Shown here one piece after another: positions 1 through 8,389 of a stretch of DNA of 20,000 nt. Each line of letters starts with the position of its first letter. Position 1 is the stretch's first letter. The position numbers and the translations under genes were made by a program. The notes beneath the pieces are model-generated. The model did not search any database. It saw only the letters and a program-made list of their open reading frames with translations, and was not told the DNA's origin. Source of the DNA: an uncultured virus (IMG/VR IMGVR_UViG_3300024264_000022) (Duplodnaviria > Heunggongvirae > Uroviricota > Caudoviricetes); IMG/VR virus record IMGVR_UViG_3300024264_000022; one strand, given 5' to 3'.

Positions 1-591
1 TCTAATTCGTGTGTAAACTTTGTTAAGTGTATCTTCACTTGCATTGTTATTATCAACTACAATCATACTACCAGTACCAAATAGATTTTGAAATCTACCT
101 ATATTACTTTGTACAACATTCCAACTCTTCGTTGCAATAGTTTCAGGTACGGTTCTAGTTCTAACTTTGTTTCTTTGTAATGCAACTTCTAAACTCGTAT
201 TTACAAACATCATATAAGTATCGTAACCTAACATTCTTAACATACTTCTTTGTTTATTAATAATGTCATAGTCTCTACCTGTGGCGTCAATGACAAGACC
301 TAATCTATTTCTAATATATAAGTCCATCTGGTCGCCTGTAATTTGTTTTGCTCTTGCTCTCAATGGGTCTCTAGCGTCTGCTTCTTTATCAGGCATTTTT
401 AATGAGAGACCTGCCTTCTTTAAATACATTTCAAATCTGACATCTGAATTAACTAATTTTAAACCCATACCAGCAGTTGTTCTATTGGTAACATAAGACT
501 TACCAGAACCAGGACCACCTGCTAAAAAGAACGCTTTAAATATACCTGGGTCGTAAACGCCTTCTTGTATTATGTGTTTAAAAGTTTTCAT
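1..591 (-). CDS. P-loop kinase, zeta-toxin/AAA_33 (PNK-kinase-like) family; runs off the window edge
   Basis: Not in the ORF track; translated by hand from ATG at 591: MKTFKHIIQEGVYDPGIFKAFFLAGGPGSGKS...LVNSD...LGLVIDATG...MMFVNTSLEVALQRNKVRTRTVP. Walker A GGPGSGKS, VID Walker B, lid RxxxRxR. ATGA overlap with the stop of the SET gene. Confidence 0.8.
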   Translation of the reverse strand, partial: MKTFKHIIQEGVYDPGIFKAFFLAGGPGSGKSYVTNRTTAGMGLKLVNSDVRFEMYLKKAGLSLKMPDKEADARDPLRARAKQITGDQMDLYIRNRLGLVIDATGRDYDIINKQRSMLRMLGYDTYMMFVNTSLEVALQRNKVRTRTVPETIATKSWNVVQSNIGRFQNLFGTGSMIVVDNNNASEDTLNKVYTRIR

Positions 592-884
592 ACTTTATAT
601 AGAGTATACTTTAAAGTTAACTCTTCTCCTTTTTTTATATCTTCTAATGTTTGTATATAATATTTTCCATCAACTTCTATCTTTTGACAATTAGGTTTAT
701 CACTATGATTTAAAAAACCACCAAGTGGTGTTCTATAAATTTCTCTACCCATAGTCAAATGAGAGATACCTAAATCTGTCATCTTATCAATCGTTGCTGT
801 TGCAAATAAACCAAAACCTTCTATTGGCGATAACTTTATTGTTATGTTATCAGGTAAAGGTCTATACTTATCTGTCATCTCCAC
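588..884 (-). CDS. SET-domain protein (putative protein lysine methyltransferase)
   Basis: SET motifs SPIEGFGLFA, FLNHSDKPNC and IKKGEELTLKY. Confidence 0.88.
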   Translation of the reverse strand: MEMTDKYRPLPDNITIKLSPIEGFGLFATATIDKMTDLGISHLTMGREIYRTPLGGFLNHSDKPNCQKIEVDGKYYIQTLEDIKKGEELTLKYTLYKV

Positions 885-1185
885 TACCTTGTATCTTGTT
901 TCTTTCTTGTCTGTCTTTTAATTTTTCTAAATTTAATTGTGCGATTGTATCTAAATCAATATCTAAATCTCTCGCAAGTGCTGATATGTACCATAACACA
1001 TCACCTAATTCTTTTTTCATATCTTCTTTAAATGTAGGACTTGCACCGTCTCTAATATTCTTTTTAACTTTTTCTGCTACTTCACCTGCTTCACCACATA
1101 ATCCTAATGCAGGATAAGTTACCTTACTTGCAAGTGGATAAATTGCTGTGTTAGCAGCTAGAGTTTGGTATTCATTAAATTGCAT
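868..1185 (-). CDS. mazG: MazG-like nucleotide pyrophosphohydrolase
   Basis: LGLCGEAGEVAEKVKK...KELGDVLWY...NLEKL, the MazG ExxE/ExxD pattern. Confidence 0.9.
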   Translation of the reverse strand: MQFNEYQTLAANTAIYPLASKVTYPALGLCGEAGEVAEKVKKNIRDGASPTFKEDMKKELGDVLWYISALARDLDIDLDTIAQLNLEKLKDRQERNKIQGSGDDR

Positions 1186-1774
1186 TTTGTATCTCCTTTA
1201 TAATATCTTTCGCAATATCGCCTGCTTCTTTTCCTTCAGCTTTGATAGAAATGAAACCTGGTTTTTTTCTGTAGTGTTCAATCGCCGGTCCGGTTTCTTT
1301 GTTGTAGAGATTGATTCTATCAGTAATAATATCTGGCTTATCATCTTTTCTTCCTCTCTTCGTAAGTCTTCTAATCACTTCTTCTTTACTTACATCAAGG
1401 TATACAACAACATCATAATTGATACTATTCTTTTCCATATCTCTTACTTGTTGCATATATCTAGGATAACCATCTAGTACATAACCTTTACTAGCATCCT
1501 TTTCTGTTAATGCGTTCTTCACTAATTTTAAAACTATATCGTTAGGTGCAAACTTACCTTTGTCTAATAAATCTTTAATCATTTGTCCATCAGAACCACC
1601 TTTGTCAATTTCTTTTCTTAATAATCCACCTGGGTAAATATGTTTAATACTAAAGTGTCTTGTAATGTATTCACTATAAGTTGATTTACCACTTCCTGGA
1701 CCACCCATTATAATAACTCTTGTTTGTTTTGCTTCATTCAGGTATGCCGTCAAATATGATTTAAAAGTTTCCAT
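1175..1774 (-). CDS. adk: Adenylate/NMP kinase
   Basis: GGPGSGKST P-loop, GGLLRKEI, GYVLDGYPR, short lid RGRKDD. Confidence 0.9.
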   Translation of the reverse strand: METFKSYLTAYLNEAKQTRVIIMGGPGSGKSTYSEYITRHFSIKHIYPGGLLRKEIDKGGSDGQMIKDLLDKGKFAPNDIVLKLVKNALTEKDASKGYVLDGYPRYMQQVRDMEKNSINYDVVVYLDVSKEEVIRRLTKRGRKDDKPDIITDRINLYNKETGPAIEHYRKKPGFISIKAEGKEAGDIAKDIIKEIQNAI

Positions 1775-1775
1775 A

Positions 1776-2990
1776 TTATCCTTTCACCCAATCTTTAGCA
1801 ATCGTAAAGTTTGCTCTACTAAATTCTAATCTGTCTACGAGTTTAACTACATTACCAATCTTATCTGTTGCAACATAACCTTCAGGTGATGTTACCTTAA
1901 AACCAGTATCGGTTCTTAAAAAGTGTCCGATAGATTGTATCTGTGCTATTTTTCGTACTATAATGTTTTTACAATTCTGTAATGTGATGTATGTTGCAAT
2001 GGCGAAATATAATGATTGTTTATTTCTTTGAATAAATTTTATATTATCTGCTTTTGCTTTAATGTAAGGTGCTTTACCTTTTTCTGTTTTTCTACTATCT
2101 ATTTCTTTGTCAATGAAATTTGTATAGTATGGTTCAAAACCATCTACTAGTGATTTAACACTACCCATACCTTGTGTACCTCTAACGATACTATTGAAAT
2201 ATGTTTTAATTTTCATACCTACGCCTAACTCGTCATTACTATCAAACTGATTTAACATAGGTCCTGCTTTTTGTAAACTACCTTGTGCCATTCTTAACTG
2301 AGCATTGAATTGTGAAACTTCAGCACGATTGAAACTTGCACTACCACTAGTGTCTTTGTATTCTGCACTTGGTACCCATACACTACCACTTCTGATTCCT
2401 TTAACATAACCAAAGTTAGCATTTAAGCTATCCATTTTGTCACCAACATATTGTGTATGAAACACTATGCCCATTCTAGCACGAGCAATCTTACGACCGA
2501 CAGCACTATTAACAGGCATAGCATATGTTATAGTATTAGGAGTAAAGGTAATCATTGATTGTCCGTCAATGTTATTCACTTTCTTATCTTCATTAGTAAA
2601 GAGACAATCACCTTGGACAATGCCTCTTATACCTAATTTTTTCAATTCTCTTAATGCAACTTCTAATTTTGCACCAACACCACCTGGGTGATTTCTTCTT
2701 ATGTCTGCTGAAGTGTAATTGATTTTAGGAGTTTTATTGAATACAGATTTTGTACCGACAAAGAATTTGCCGTTTTCAGGATTAGTTCCACATACTATCG
2801 CAGGAGCGCCGTCCCACTTAACGGTTACATTTACTCTATTGCTAACATTACCTGTTAACATTTTCTGCAAAGATTGTAAGAACGCTATTGCGTTTCTACC
2901 GCCTTTGGCACCGTTATTAATTATTTCGTCTTCTAAATGCTCAAGGTGTGTGTTCGTACCCGAGCTAGAATATCCTTTAAAACTAAACAT
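1776..2990 (-). CDS. Conserved T4-like phage protein (DUF6267-like) with ATP-dependent ligase/nucleotidyltransferase motifs
   Basis: NTHLEHLED N-terminus; TVKWDG (motif I KxDG), IVQGDCLF (motif III-like), EGYV (motif IV), VVKLV (motif V). Confidence 0.65.
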   Translation of the reverse strand: MFSFKGYSSSGTNTHLEHLEDEIINNGAKGGRNAIAFLQSLQKMLTGNVSNRVNVTVKWDGAPAIVCGTNPENGKFFVGTKSVFNKTPKINYTSADIRRNHPGGVGAKLEVALRELKKLGIRGIVQGDCLFTNEDKKVNNIDGQSMITFTPNTITYAMPVNSAVGRKIARARMGIVFHTQYVGDKMDSLNANFGYVKGIRSGSVWVPSAEYKDTSGSASFNRAEVSQFNAQLRMAQGSLQKAGPMLNQFDSNDELGVGMKIKTYFNSIVRGTQGMGSVKSLVDGFEPYYTNFIDKEIDSRKTEKGKAPYIKAKADNIKFIQRNKQSLYFAIATYITLQNCKNIIVRKIAQIQSIGHFLRTDTGFKVTSPEGYVATDKIGNVVKLVDRLEFSRANFTIAKDWVKG

Positions 2991-3060
2991 TTTTGTCCTT
3001 CATTTTTTCCATATACAAATAAACTATCCATTAATATAAGTCTTCACTTCGTTGTGCTAC

Positions 3061-3068
3061 TATTTATA
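3061..3068 (-). promoter_or_regulatory. T4-type late promoter TATAAATA
   Basis: Exact TATAAATA on the minus strand, intergenic, about 70 nt upstream of the ATG at 2990. Confidence 0.75.
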
Positions 3069-3072
3069 AGTC

Positions 3073-4491
3073 TTATGACACCTTAACAAAGAAAGAAGAT
3101 AAATCAGTACTGGAAGCTGCGTATTTTATAATATCCGTACATACTTTATTTCTTTGTGTTGATGTTGCACTCATCATAGTATCTAAAAATAGTAGACACA
3201 TATTCTTACTGAATATAAAACTACCACCTTTATCTAAACATTGTTTGATAAACGGTTTAACATCTACTGGATTCTTCGCATACTTCTTATATAGGACATA
3301 CATATCATTTAACTTGACTTGACTACTTGGTGTTTCTTTCCAACCAGATAATAAGCCTTGTGAACCTATAGATTTTCGTATGTGTTTCTCACAATAGAAA
3401 TTTAAATTACCACCACCGATTTTACCACCGGCAGCACTCAATCCTTTTATCTCTCCTTGCCAAGATGAAGAAGAGTTAAATGCTCTAAACTGAACATTCG
3501 CACTACCCATATTCATATACATATCAATTGACGAAAAGAAATCGTTATTTTTTCCAAATACATAATTCTTATAATCGTGTGATACTAACTTCACTCTTTC
3601 AGGAGCATTGTACTCTTCTAACTTAACGGTACTACCTAATTTCTTTAGAGAGATACCTAGTAAGAAAGTTCTAGGAGTATTTAATCTACCTGCTTTGTCT
3701 AATACTGCTTGATTTAGTATTCCCCAATCTTGCTTAAACATTGCAAGAGGATCCGAACCTGGTGTCATTGTAGTCATCCATATATCACCTGGATTCCATT
3801 TATCATCTGAAAAACTACCTGGTGCTAATGGTGCTCTACCATCTTTCTGTGCCATTTGTTTATCTATTTTTATTACTTCTTTTTTAGCTGCATATACTTT
3901 ACCCATAAAAGTACTGCCTCTATGAAAGTAAACACCACCTGTAACCTTTGATGAATACTTTTTATAAATTTCGTTTGCTGTTTTTATAAATGTACCACTT
4001 TCAATCCAATCTGATGGTACTCTATCTTTAAATGCTGTATAAGCAACGGTAGCCTGTACATAACGAGAAGCCTTTTCCATATTGGCGTCTGTAATGTCTG
4101 ATAACTTTATTGGACCTTTTTTAACATTAAATGCTAATGAACAATAATAACATTGTCCACTTTCAGTAATTGCGGTCACAGCTGCACCACCACCTGAACC
4201 ACCTCCACCACCAAATAGTGGTGACTTATAAATTTGTGTAAGAGATATTTCTTCTATCTTACTTCCTGTAGAAGATTTGACTTGAATAACACAAGGCCAA
4301 GAATTAGGTTTTGATACAATTGCGATACCTTCTAGTTTACGACCACTAGATGTAGCACCTTCAACAAATCTTTCTTTTGCGTTAATCATTAATTGTACAA
4401 TTTCAAAACGAGACTTACCAGCATACTTACCATTCTTGGCTTCATATGGTTTATTGTCTCTTATAAAATCGTTCTTCTTAAAAACTGCCAT
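3073..4491 (-). CDS. Hypothetical protein, probable PD-(D/E)xK-like nuclease
   Basis: 472-aa ORF with AGGAG-like RBS (GGAG). Gly-rich linker FGGGGGSGGGA, then TAITES...DKWNPGDIW...GISLKK, consistent with an E..PxD..SxK nuclease core. Confidence 0.55.
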   Translation of the reverse strand: MAVFKKNDFIRDNKPYEAKNGKYAGKSRFEIVQLMINAKERFVEGATSSGRKLEGIAIVSKPNSWPCVIQVKSSTGSKIEEISLTQIYKSPLFGGGGGSGGGAAVTAITESGQCYYCSLAFNVKKGPIKLSDITDANMEKASRYVQATVAYTAFKDRVPSDWIESGTFIKTANEIYKKYSSKVTGGVYFHRGSTFMGKVYAAKKEVIKIDKQMAQKDGRAPLAPGSFSDDKWNPGDIWMTTMTPGSDPLAMFKQDWGILNQAVLDKAGRLNTPRTFLLGISLKKLGSTVKLEEYNAPERVKLVSHDYKNYVFGKNNDFFSSIDMYMNMGSANVQFRAFNSSSSWQGEIKGLSAAGGKIGGGNLNFYCEKHIRKSIGSQGLLSGWKETPSSQVKLNDMYVLYKKYAKNPVDVKPFIKQCLDKGGSFIFSKNMCLLFLDTMMSATSTQRNKVCTDIIKYAASSTDLSSFFVKVS

Positions 4492-4519
4492 TGTTAATTC
4501 TCCATTTGTATTCTCTCTT

Positions 4520-4548
4520 ATACTACTACATATTTATTGATTTGTCAA
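4520..4548 (-). promoter_or_regulatory. sigma70-type promoter with a late-like AATAAATA in its spacer
   Basis: TTGACA-17 nt-TAGTAT upstream of the 472-aa ORF; ATAAATA lies within the spacer. Confidence 0.65.
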
Positions 4549-4550
4549 GC

Positions 4551-4627
4551 TGGCGACCTCGGCAGGACTTGAACCTGCAACATCCAGTTTAGAAGACTGG
4601 TGCTCTATCCAGTTGAGCTACGAGGCC
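4551..4627 (-). tRNA. tRNA-Arg(UCU)
   Basis: GGCCTCGTAGCTCAACTGGATAGAGCA-CCAGT CTTCTAA ACTGG-ATGTTGCAGGTTCAAGTCCTGCCGAGGTCGCCA: cloverleaf, anticodon TCT, encoded CCA. Confidence 0.96.
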
Positions 4628-4638
4628 ATACTCCAGAT

Positions 4639-4723
4639 TGGTGCCACCGACCGGACTTGAACCGGTAAGGATTACTCCGACGGATTTTAAGTCCGTTGTG
4701 TTTACCAATTTCACCACGGTGGC
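4639..4723 (-). tRNA. tRNA-Leu(UAA)
   Basis: GCCACCGTGGTGAAATTGGTAAACACA-ACGGA CTTAAAA TCCGT-long variable arm-CCGGTTCAAGTCCGGTCGGTGGCACCA: anticodon TAA, class II tRNA, encoded CCA. Confidence 0.96.
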
Positions 4724-4731
4724 GAAACTGA

Positions 4732-5013
4732 TTAAGCGGCTATTGTTTGTTGTGCGATAACCATATCAACTGCCTTTTCCCATAGTTTACTTGCACCGTC
4801 ATAAGTGTCAAAACCTTCTTCATCTGCAAAGTCCATAGTTGAAGAAGACATAACACCGTCAATAGGCATTGTATGATTAGTAATGATTTTAGCGATAGTC
4901 TCTACTTTCGCTGTGTTGTAGATAAGACCTTGTTCAGTAGTTATTTCAAGTTCACCATTGTTAGCAGACAAGAAATTGATTGGGTCGTTTGAGTTAGTGT
5001 TTGGAAAATTCAT
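4732..5013 (-). CDS. Small acidic hypothetical protein (early)
   Basis: ORF track gives 4732..5034; the likely start is ATG 5013 after a GAAGGA RBS. Directly downstream of a consensus sigma70 promoter. Confidence 0.7.
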   Translation of the reverse strand: MNFPNTNSNDPINFLSANNGELEITTEQGLIYNTAKVETIAKIITNHTMPIDGVMSSSTMDFADEEGFDTYDGASKLWEKAVDMVIAQQTIAA

Positions 5014-5047
5014 AGTATATCCTTCTTTCATCATTGATTATGTATAT

Positions 5048-5076
5048 ACTATAACACACGCATAGCGTAGTGTCAA
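5048..5076 (-). promoter_or_regulatory. sigma70 early promoter with T-tract UP-like element
   Basis: TTGACA-17 nt-TATAGT, preceded by T runs at 5079-5105. Confidence 0.85.
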
Positions 5077-5110
5077 GCAAAAAACGAGCAAAAAGTAAAA
5101 AAAAATGAAT

Positions 5111-5374
5111 TTATTTTGGTTGCATTTCACAAAGAAAATGAGGTATGCCTCCGTTAACTTCCCATACTCTTTCTTTATTCTGAAATCTAACTAGTGACCT
5201 AGCATCCTTTTCAAAAAAGAAGTCTTTGACAATAACATTAGTAGGTTTTTCTATTACTCTCCAGTAAATCTTACCTCTCTTCTTAACCATTGTCTTCGTA
5301 TAGTGTAGTTTCTCGCCAGGCTCTAGCAGTCTACTTTGTTTTTGCTTCATTGGTTTTGTGTTTTTTCTAGGCAT
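5111..5374 (-). CDS. Small basic hypothetical protein
   Basis: ORF track gives 5111..5422; the likely start is ATG 5374 (MPRKNTK), 4 nt after the gp41 stop. Confidence 0.65.
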   Translation of the reverse strand: MPRKNTKPMKQKQSRLLEPGEKLHYTKTMVKKRGKIYWRVIEKPTNVIVKDFFFEKDARSLVRFQNKERVWEVNGGIPHFLCEMQPK

Positions 5375-5378
5375 AAGT

Positions 5379-6743
5379 TTATACTTTAAAATCTGAAAAT
5401 TTGTCGTAAGGGTCTTCAGCAAATTCTTTCTCCTGATTAGCGTCTACAATGTTTTGTGCTTTTTGCTCTACATCATACAATCTCATCTTACTTCTATCAA
5501 CGCCAATAATAAAACTACGATTGATTGAGGGATCGCTATACCTGTTCTTCAATTGTTTTACTTTCATTTGATTAAGACTATCTAACTCTTCGTTAGTCAT
5601 CAAAGCAAACATAAAGTCAGCAGTAGCAGGTAGACCAAAACTTTCAGAAGTATCTTCTAATCCAATATCAGTAGATACAAAACCACTTCTTGTTGTTTGT
5701 GTAGCAGTAAATATAGGTAATTTAAATTCTACTGCAAGACCTCTTAACTCTTCTGCAATTGCTTTGATATAGAAATAAGATGATATGTTACCACCTTTAA
5801 ATCTACTTGAAGCACATATGTTAAGATAATCTATGAATACAACATCAGGTTTAAAACTTTTCTTTAATGCAAGTTCATTTAATAATCCTTTAAAGTGTCC
5901 ACTATGAGCAGACGCTGTTGGATATTCTTTGACGATTAATGTACCAGGACTTTTTGCTTTTAACTTTTTAATTCTGTCATCAAACATATCTTTAGGTAAA
6001 GCGTGTAAGTCATCTGTGGTTACATCTAATAAATTACTATCAATTCTTTCTGCGATTCTTTCTTCTGCCATCTCCATTGTAATGTATAAAACATTCTTAC
6101 CTTCAAGTAATGAAGTAGCAGCGAGGTGACACATAAACAAAGATTTACCTACACCGGTACCGGCAAGACATACATTCAATGTCTTCTGTGGCACACCGCC
6201 TTTAGTTATTCTATTGAAATATTGTAAATCAAAAGGAAGTCTTAATTCTTTCCTGTGGTAATAATCATATCTATCATCTGCATCCCCAATGTAATCGTGC
6301 CCAATGTGATTATCAAAAGACACAGCAAGAGCTTCAGATAAAATTGAAGGAATGGCTTCTGCATTTCTTTCCTTGTCTTTTCCATCCAAGATTTTAATGC
6401 CGTTAAGTACTGCATTGTTTACCGCCTTGTCTTTACAGAATTTCTCCGTAGTGTCAAACAACCATTGTATATCACTCTCTTGTGGAGTTAATCCGTTTAT
6501 TGTTGTTTTAATAGCTTTAAACTCTTCCTCGTTAATATCTTTACGATTGTTTAATTCTATAATCAAGGTCTCTTTTGTAGGAAGATTATTATATTTAGTT
6601 ATGAAATCATAGATTGAAAGAAATAAAATTTTATCACTTCTTGTTCCAAAGTACTCATCTTTTAAAAACGGCAATACCTTTCTAGTATATTCTTCATTGA
6701 ATATTAAGTTTGTCAGTATTGTGTCTTCAAGTCTATTTGTCAT
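5379..6743 (-). CDS. 41: T4 gp41-like replicative DNA helicase (DnaB/SF4)
   Basis: LAGTGVGKS Walker A, YITMEMAEE, VFIDYL, TATQTTR, SESFGLPATAD, QLKNRY. The ORF extends to 6761; 6743 is the likely start. Confidence 0.96.
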   Translation of the reverse strand: MTNRLEDTILTNLIFNEEYTRKVLPFLKDEYFGTRSDKILFLSIYDFITKYNNLPTKETLIIELNNRKDINEEEFKAIKTTINGLTPQESDIQWLFDTTEKFCKDKAVNNAVLNGIKILDGKDKERNAEAIPSILSEALAVSFDNHIGHDYIGDADDRYDYYHRKELRLPFDLQYFNRITKGGVPQKTLNVCLAGTGVGKSLFMCHLAATSLLEGKNVLYITMEMAEERIAERIDSNLLDVTTDDLHALPKDMFDDRIKKLKAKSPGTLIVKEYPTASAHSGHFKGLLNELALKKSFKPDVVFIDYLNICASSRFKGGNISSYFYIKAIAEELRGLAVEFKLPIFTATQTTRSGFVSTDIGLEDTSESFGLPATADFMFALMTNEELDSLNQMKVKQLKNRYSDPSINRSFIIGVDRSKMRLYDVEQKAQNIVDANQEKEFAEDPYDKFSDFKV

Positions 6744-7050
6744 CAAGGATTGTTCCATCATTTATTCTCTCATCTAAAAGTTCAATTAATATATCACCAA
6801 TATACACTAAAAATGCTTCTTTGTCAATATCCAAGTCTAGTTCTTCTGGTTTCTTTAATAGAGTCCATTCAAACTGCAAAGGCAATTTACCATCTGCGTT
6901 TTCTTCTTGTGCAAATTGTACCTTGCCGTACTTGTATATAACATCTTTGTACTTACCTTCAACAATTTTTATACAACTAAAATCGTCTCCTGGTCTTTGT
7001 GCAAAGGTGTATCTTTTATCCGTAGAGGAATTTTCTTTTTGTTGCTTCAT
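6733..7050 (-). CDS. Conserved hypothetical protein at the gp40 position (possible head assembly chaperone)
   Basis: 105-aa ORF overlapping both uvsX and gp41; same position as T4 gene 40. Function from synteny only. Confidence 0.6.
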   Translation of the reverse strand: MKQQKENSSTDKRYTFAQRPGDDFSCIKIVEGKYKDVIYKYGKVQFAQEENADGKLPLQFEWTLLKKPEELDLDIDKEAFLVYIGDILIELLDERINDGTILDDK

Positions 7051-8029
7051 CTATCTTCTCTAATACTTCTTTTGTAAAGTACTCTTCTGGATTGTCAATG
7101 ATTGTTTTACCAAACACTTTCTTACCATCAGGTGTTTCAATTCTAGTAGATACTTTTTTGAAAATCTCAGCTTCAACAGCAATATCTAATAGTCCATAGT
7201 ACTTGTCTAAACCTTTTGTATAAGTTAACAATACATCAATTATAGAATTTTCTTTTGTTAACCTTGACTTGTAGTTTTTACAATGAATAATATTACCGAC
7301 AACTTCTGTGCCGTCTTTTACTTTTCTCTTTGATAGATAAACAATATTACTAGCGGCGTATTTCAATCCTGAACCACCACCCATTTCTTTTTGAGGAAAC
7401 ATAGAACCAATAACATCATATGTGTGATTGGTCATAATCATAGGAACATTTGCTTTACCAAGTTTTAATGTTAAAACTCTAAATGTAGATTTGACAATTT
7501 GTGACCTTGTCATATCTCTTGTTTCTTTACCGTCAGCAGTATCTTCCATTTCTTTTGTAGTAGATAACATACCTAAACTATCTAATACAAACATAATAGG
7601 TTTTCTAGTACTCTCTGGTTGTTCTAGGTACTTGTCTACTACTTTGATTGCTTGTGCTCTAAATTCTTGTACGGTTGCAACTGGTACAACGACAAATCTT
7701 TTACTATCAATGCCTCTATCTTCAATCATATTTTTAGATACGGCACTTTCACTTTCAAAGTAAATAACACCTGCGTCTTTGTCTGCTTCTAAAAAATGTT
7801 TACAGATACCTAATGCAAAGAAAGTTTTTCCTGTTGCAGCTTCGCCAGCGATTGCTGTAATCTTATTACCTGGCATACCACCATAGATACTGCCTGATAG
7901 TAAGGCGTTTAATGAATAACAACCTGTATCAACAAAATTTGATACATCACCAGCATCCACACCTTCACTTGCAAGTGTGGCATATTCATTGCCAGTTTCT
8001 TTTATTATGTCTTTTAAAAAATCACTCAT
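7016..8029 (-). CDS. uvsX: UvsX RecA-like recombinase
   Basis: GEAATGKT Walker A, YFESE, FVLDSLG, NHTY, MGGGSG; GGAG RBS. Confidence 0.95.
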   Translation of the reverse strand: MSDFLKDIIKETGNEYATLASEGVDAGDVSNFVDTGCYSLNALLSGSIYGGMPGNKITAIAGEAATGKTFFALGICKHFLEADKDAGVIYFESESAVSKNMIEDRGIDSKRFVVVPVATVQEFRAQAIKVVDKYLEQPESTRKPIMFVLDSLGMLSTTKEMEDTADGKETRDMTRSQIVKSTFRVLTLKLGKANVPMIMTNHTYDVIGSMFPQKEMGGGSGLKYAASNIVYLSKRKVKDGTEVVGNIIHCKNYKSRLTKENSIIDVLLTYTKGLDKYYGLLDIAVEAEIFKKVSTRIETPDGKKVFGKTIIDNPEEYFTKEVLEKIDEATKRKFLYG

Positions 8030-8053
8030 AGATTACTCCATTCAATTGTCTAC

Positions 8054-8082
8054 ATTGTATACTAATATAGCTTATTTGTCAA
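8054..8082 (-). promoter_or_regulatory. sigma70 promoter for uvsX-41
   Basis: TTGACA-17 nt-TACAAT, 25 nt upstream of the uvsX ATG. Confidence 0.8.
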
Positions 8083-8389
8083 CAGCCTGTACTCTTTTTG
8101 CTTTGAGAATAACTTTACGACCAGGCTTGTATACTTCATTTTCTAATCGCAAGTTCTCATCTTCTGGAACCCAATCTTTCGGTGGGTCTTCATATTCTTC
8201 TGATGGTATCTTATTCCACAAGTTTGTTCTAAACTCGTCTAGTGATACTGCACCTTCTGAATTAAATACTCTTCCTTCAAAGTTACCTACCATTTGGAAC
8301 ACTTGTTCTTTATTATATGCAACTTTTCTTTGATAATCCCAATATGGTTTTAAATCTTTGTAATCTTCTTCTTTTATCATAGTTATCAT
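8072..8389 (-). CDS. Hypothetical protein
   Basis: 105-aa ORF with ATGA overlap to the upstream methyltransferase stop. Confidence 0.7.
   Translation of the reverse strand: MITMIKEEDYKDLKPYWDYQRKVAYNKEQVFQMVGNFEGRVFNSEGAVSLDEFRTNLWNKIPSEEYEDPPKDWVPEDENLRLENEVYKPGRKVILKAKRVQAVDK

Noticed and set aside
4185..4213. CCACC-rich repeat
   Set aside because: It simply encodes the GGGGGSGGG linker of the 472-aa protein.
4551..4723. tRNAs as a prophage attachment site
   Set aside because: No integrase or duplicated tRNA 3' end is visible, and both flanks are phage-like.
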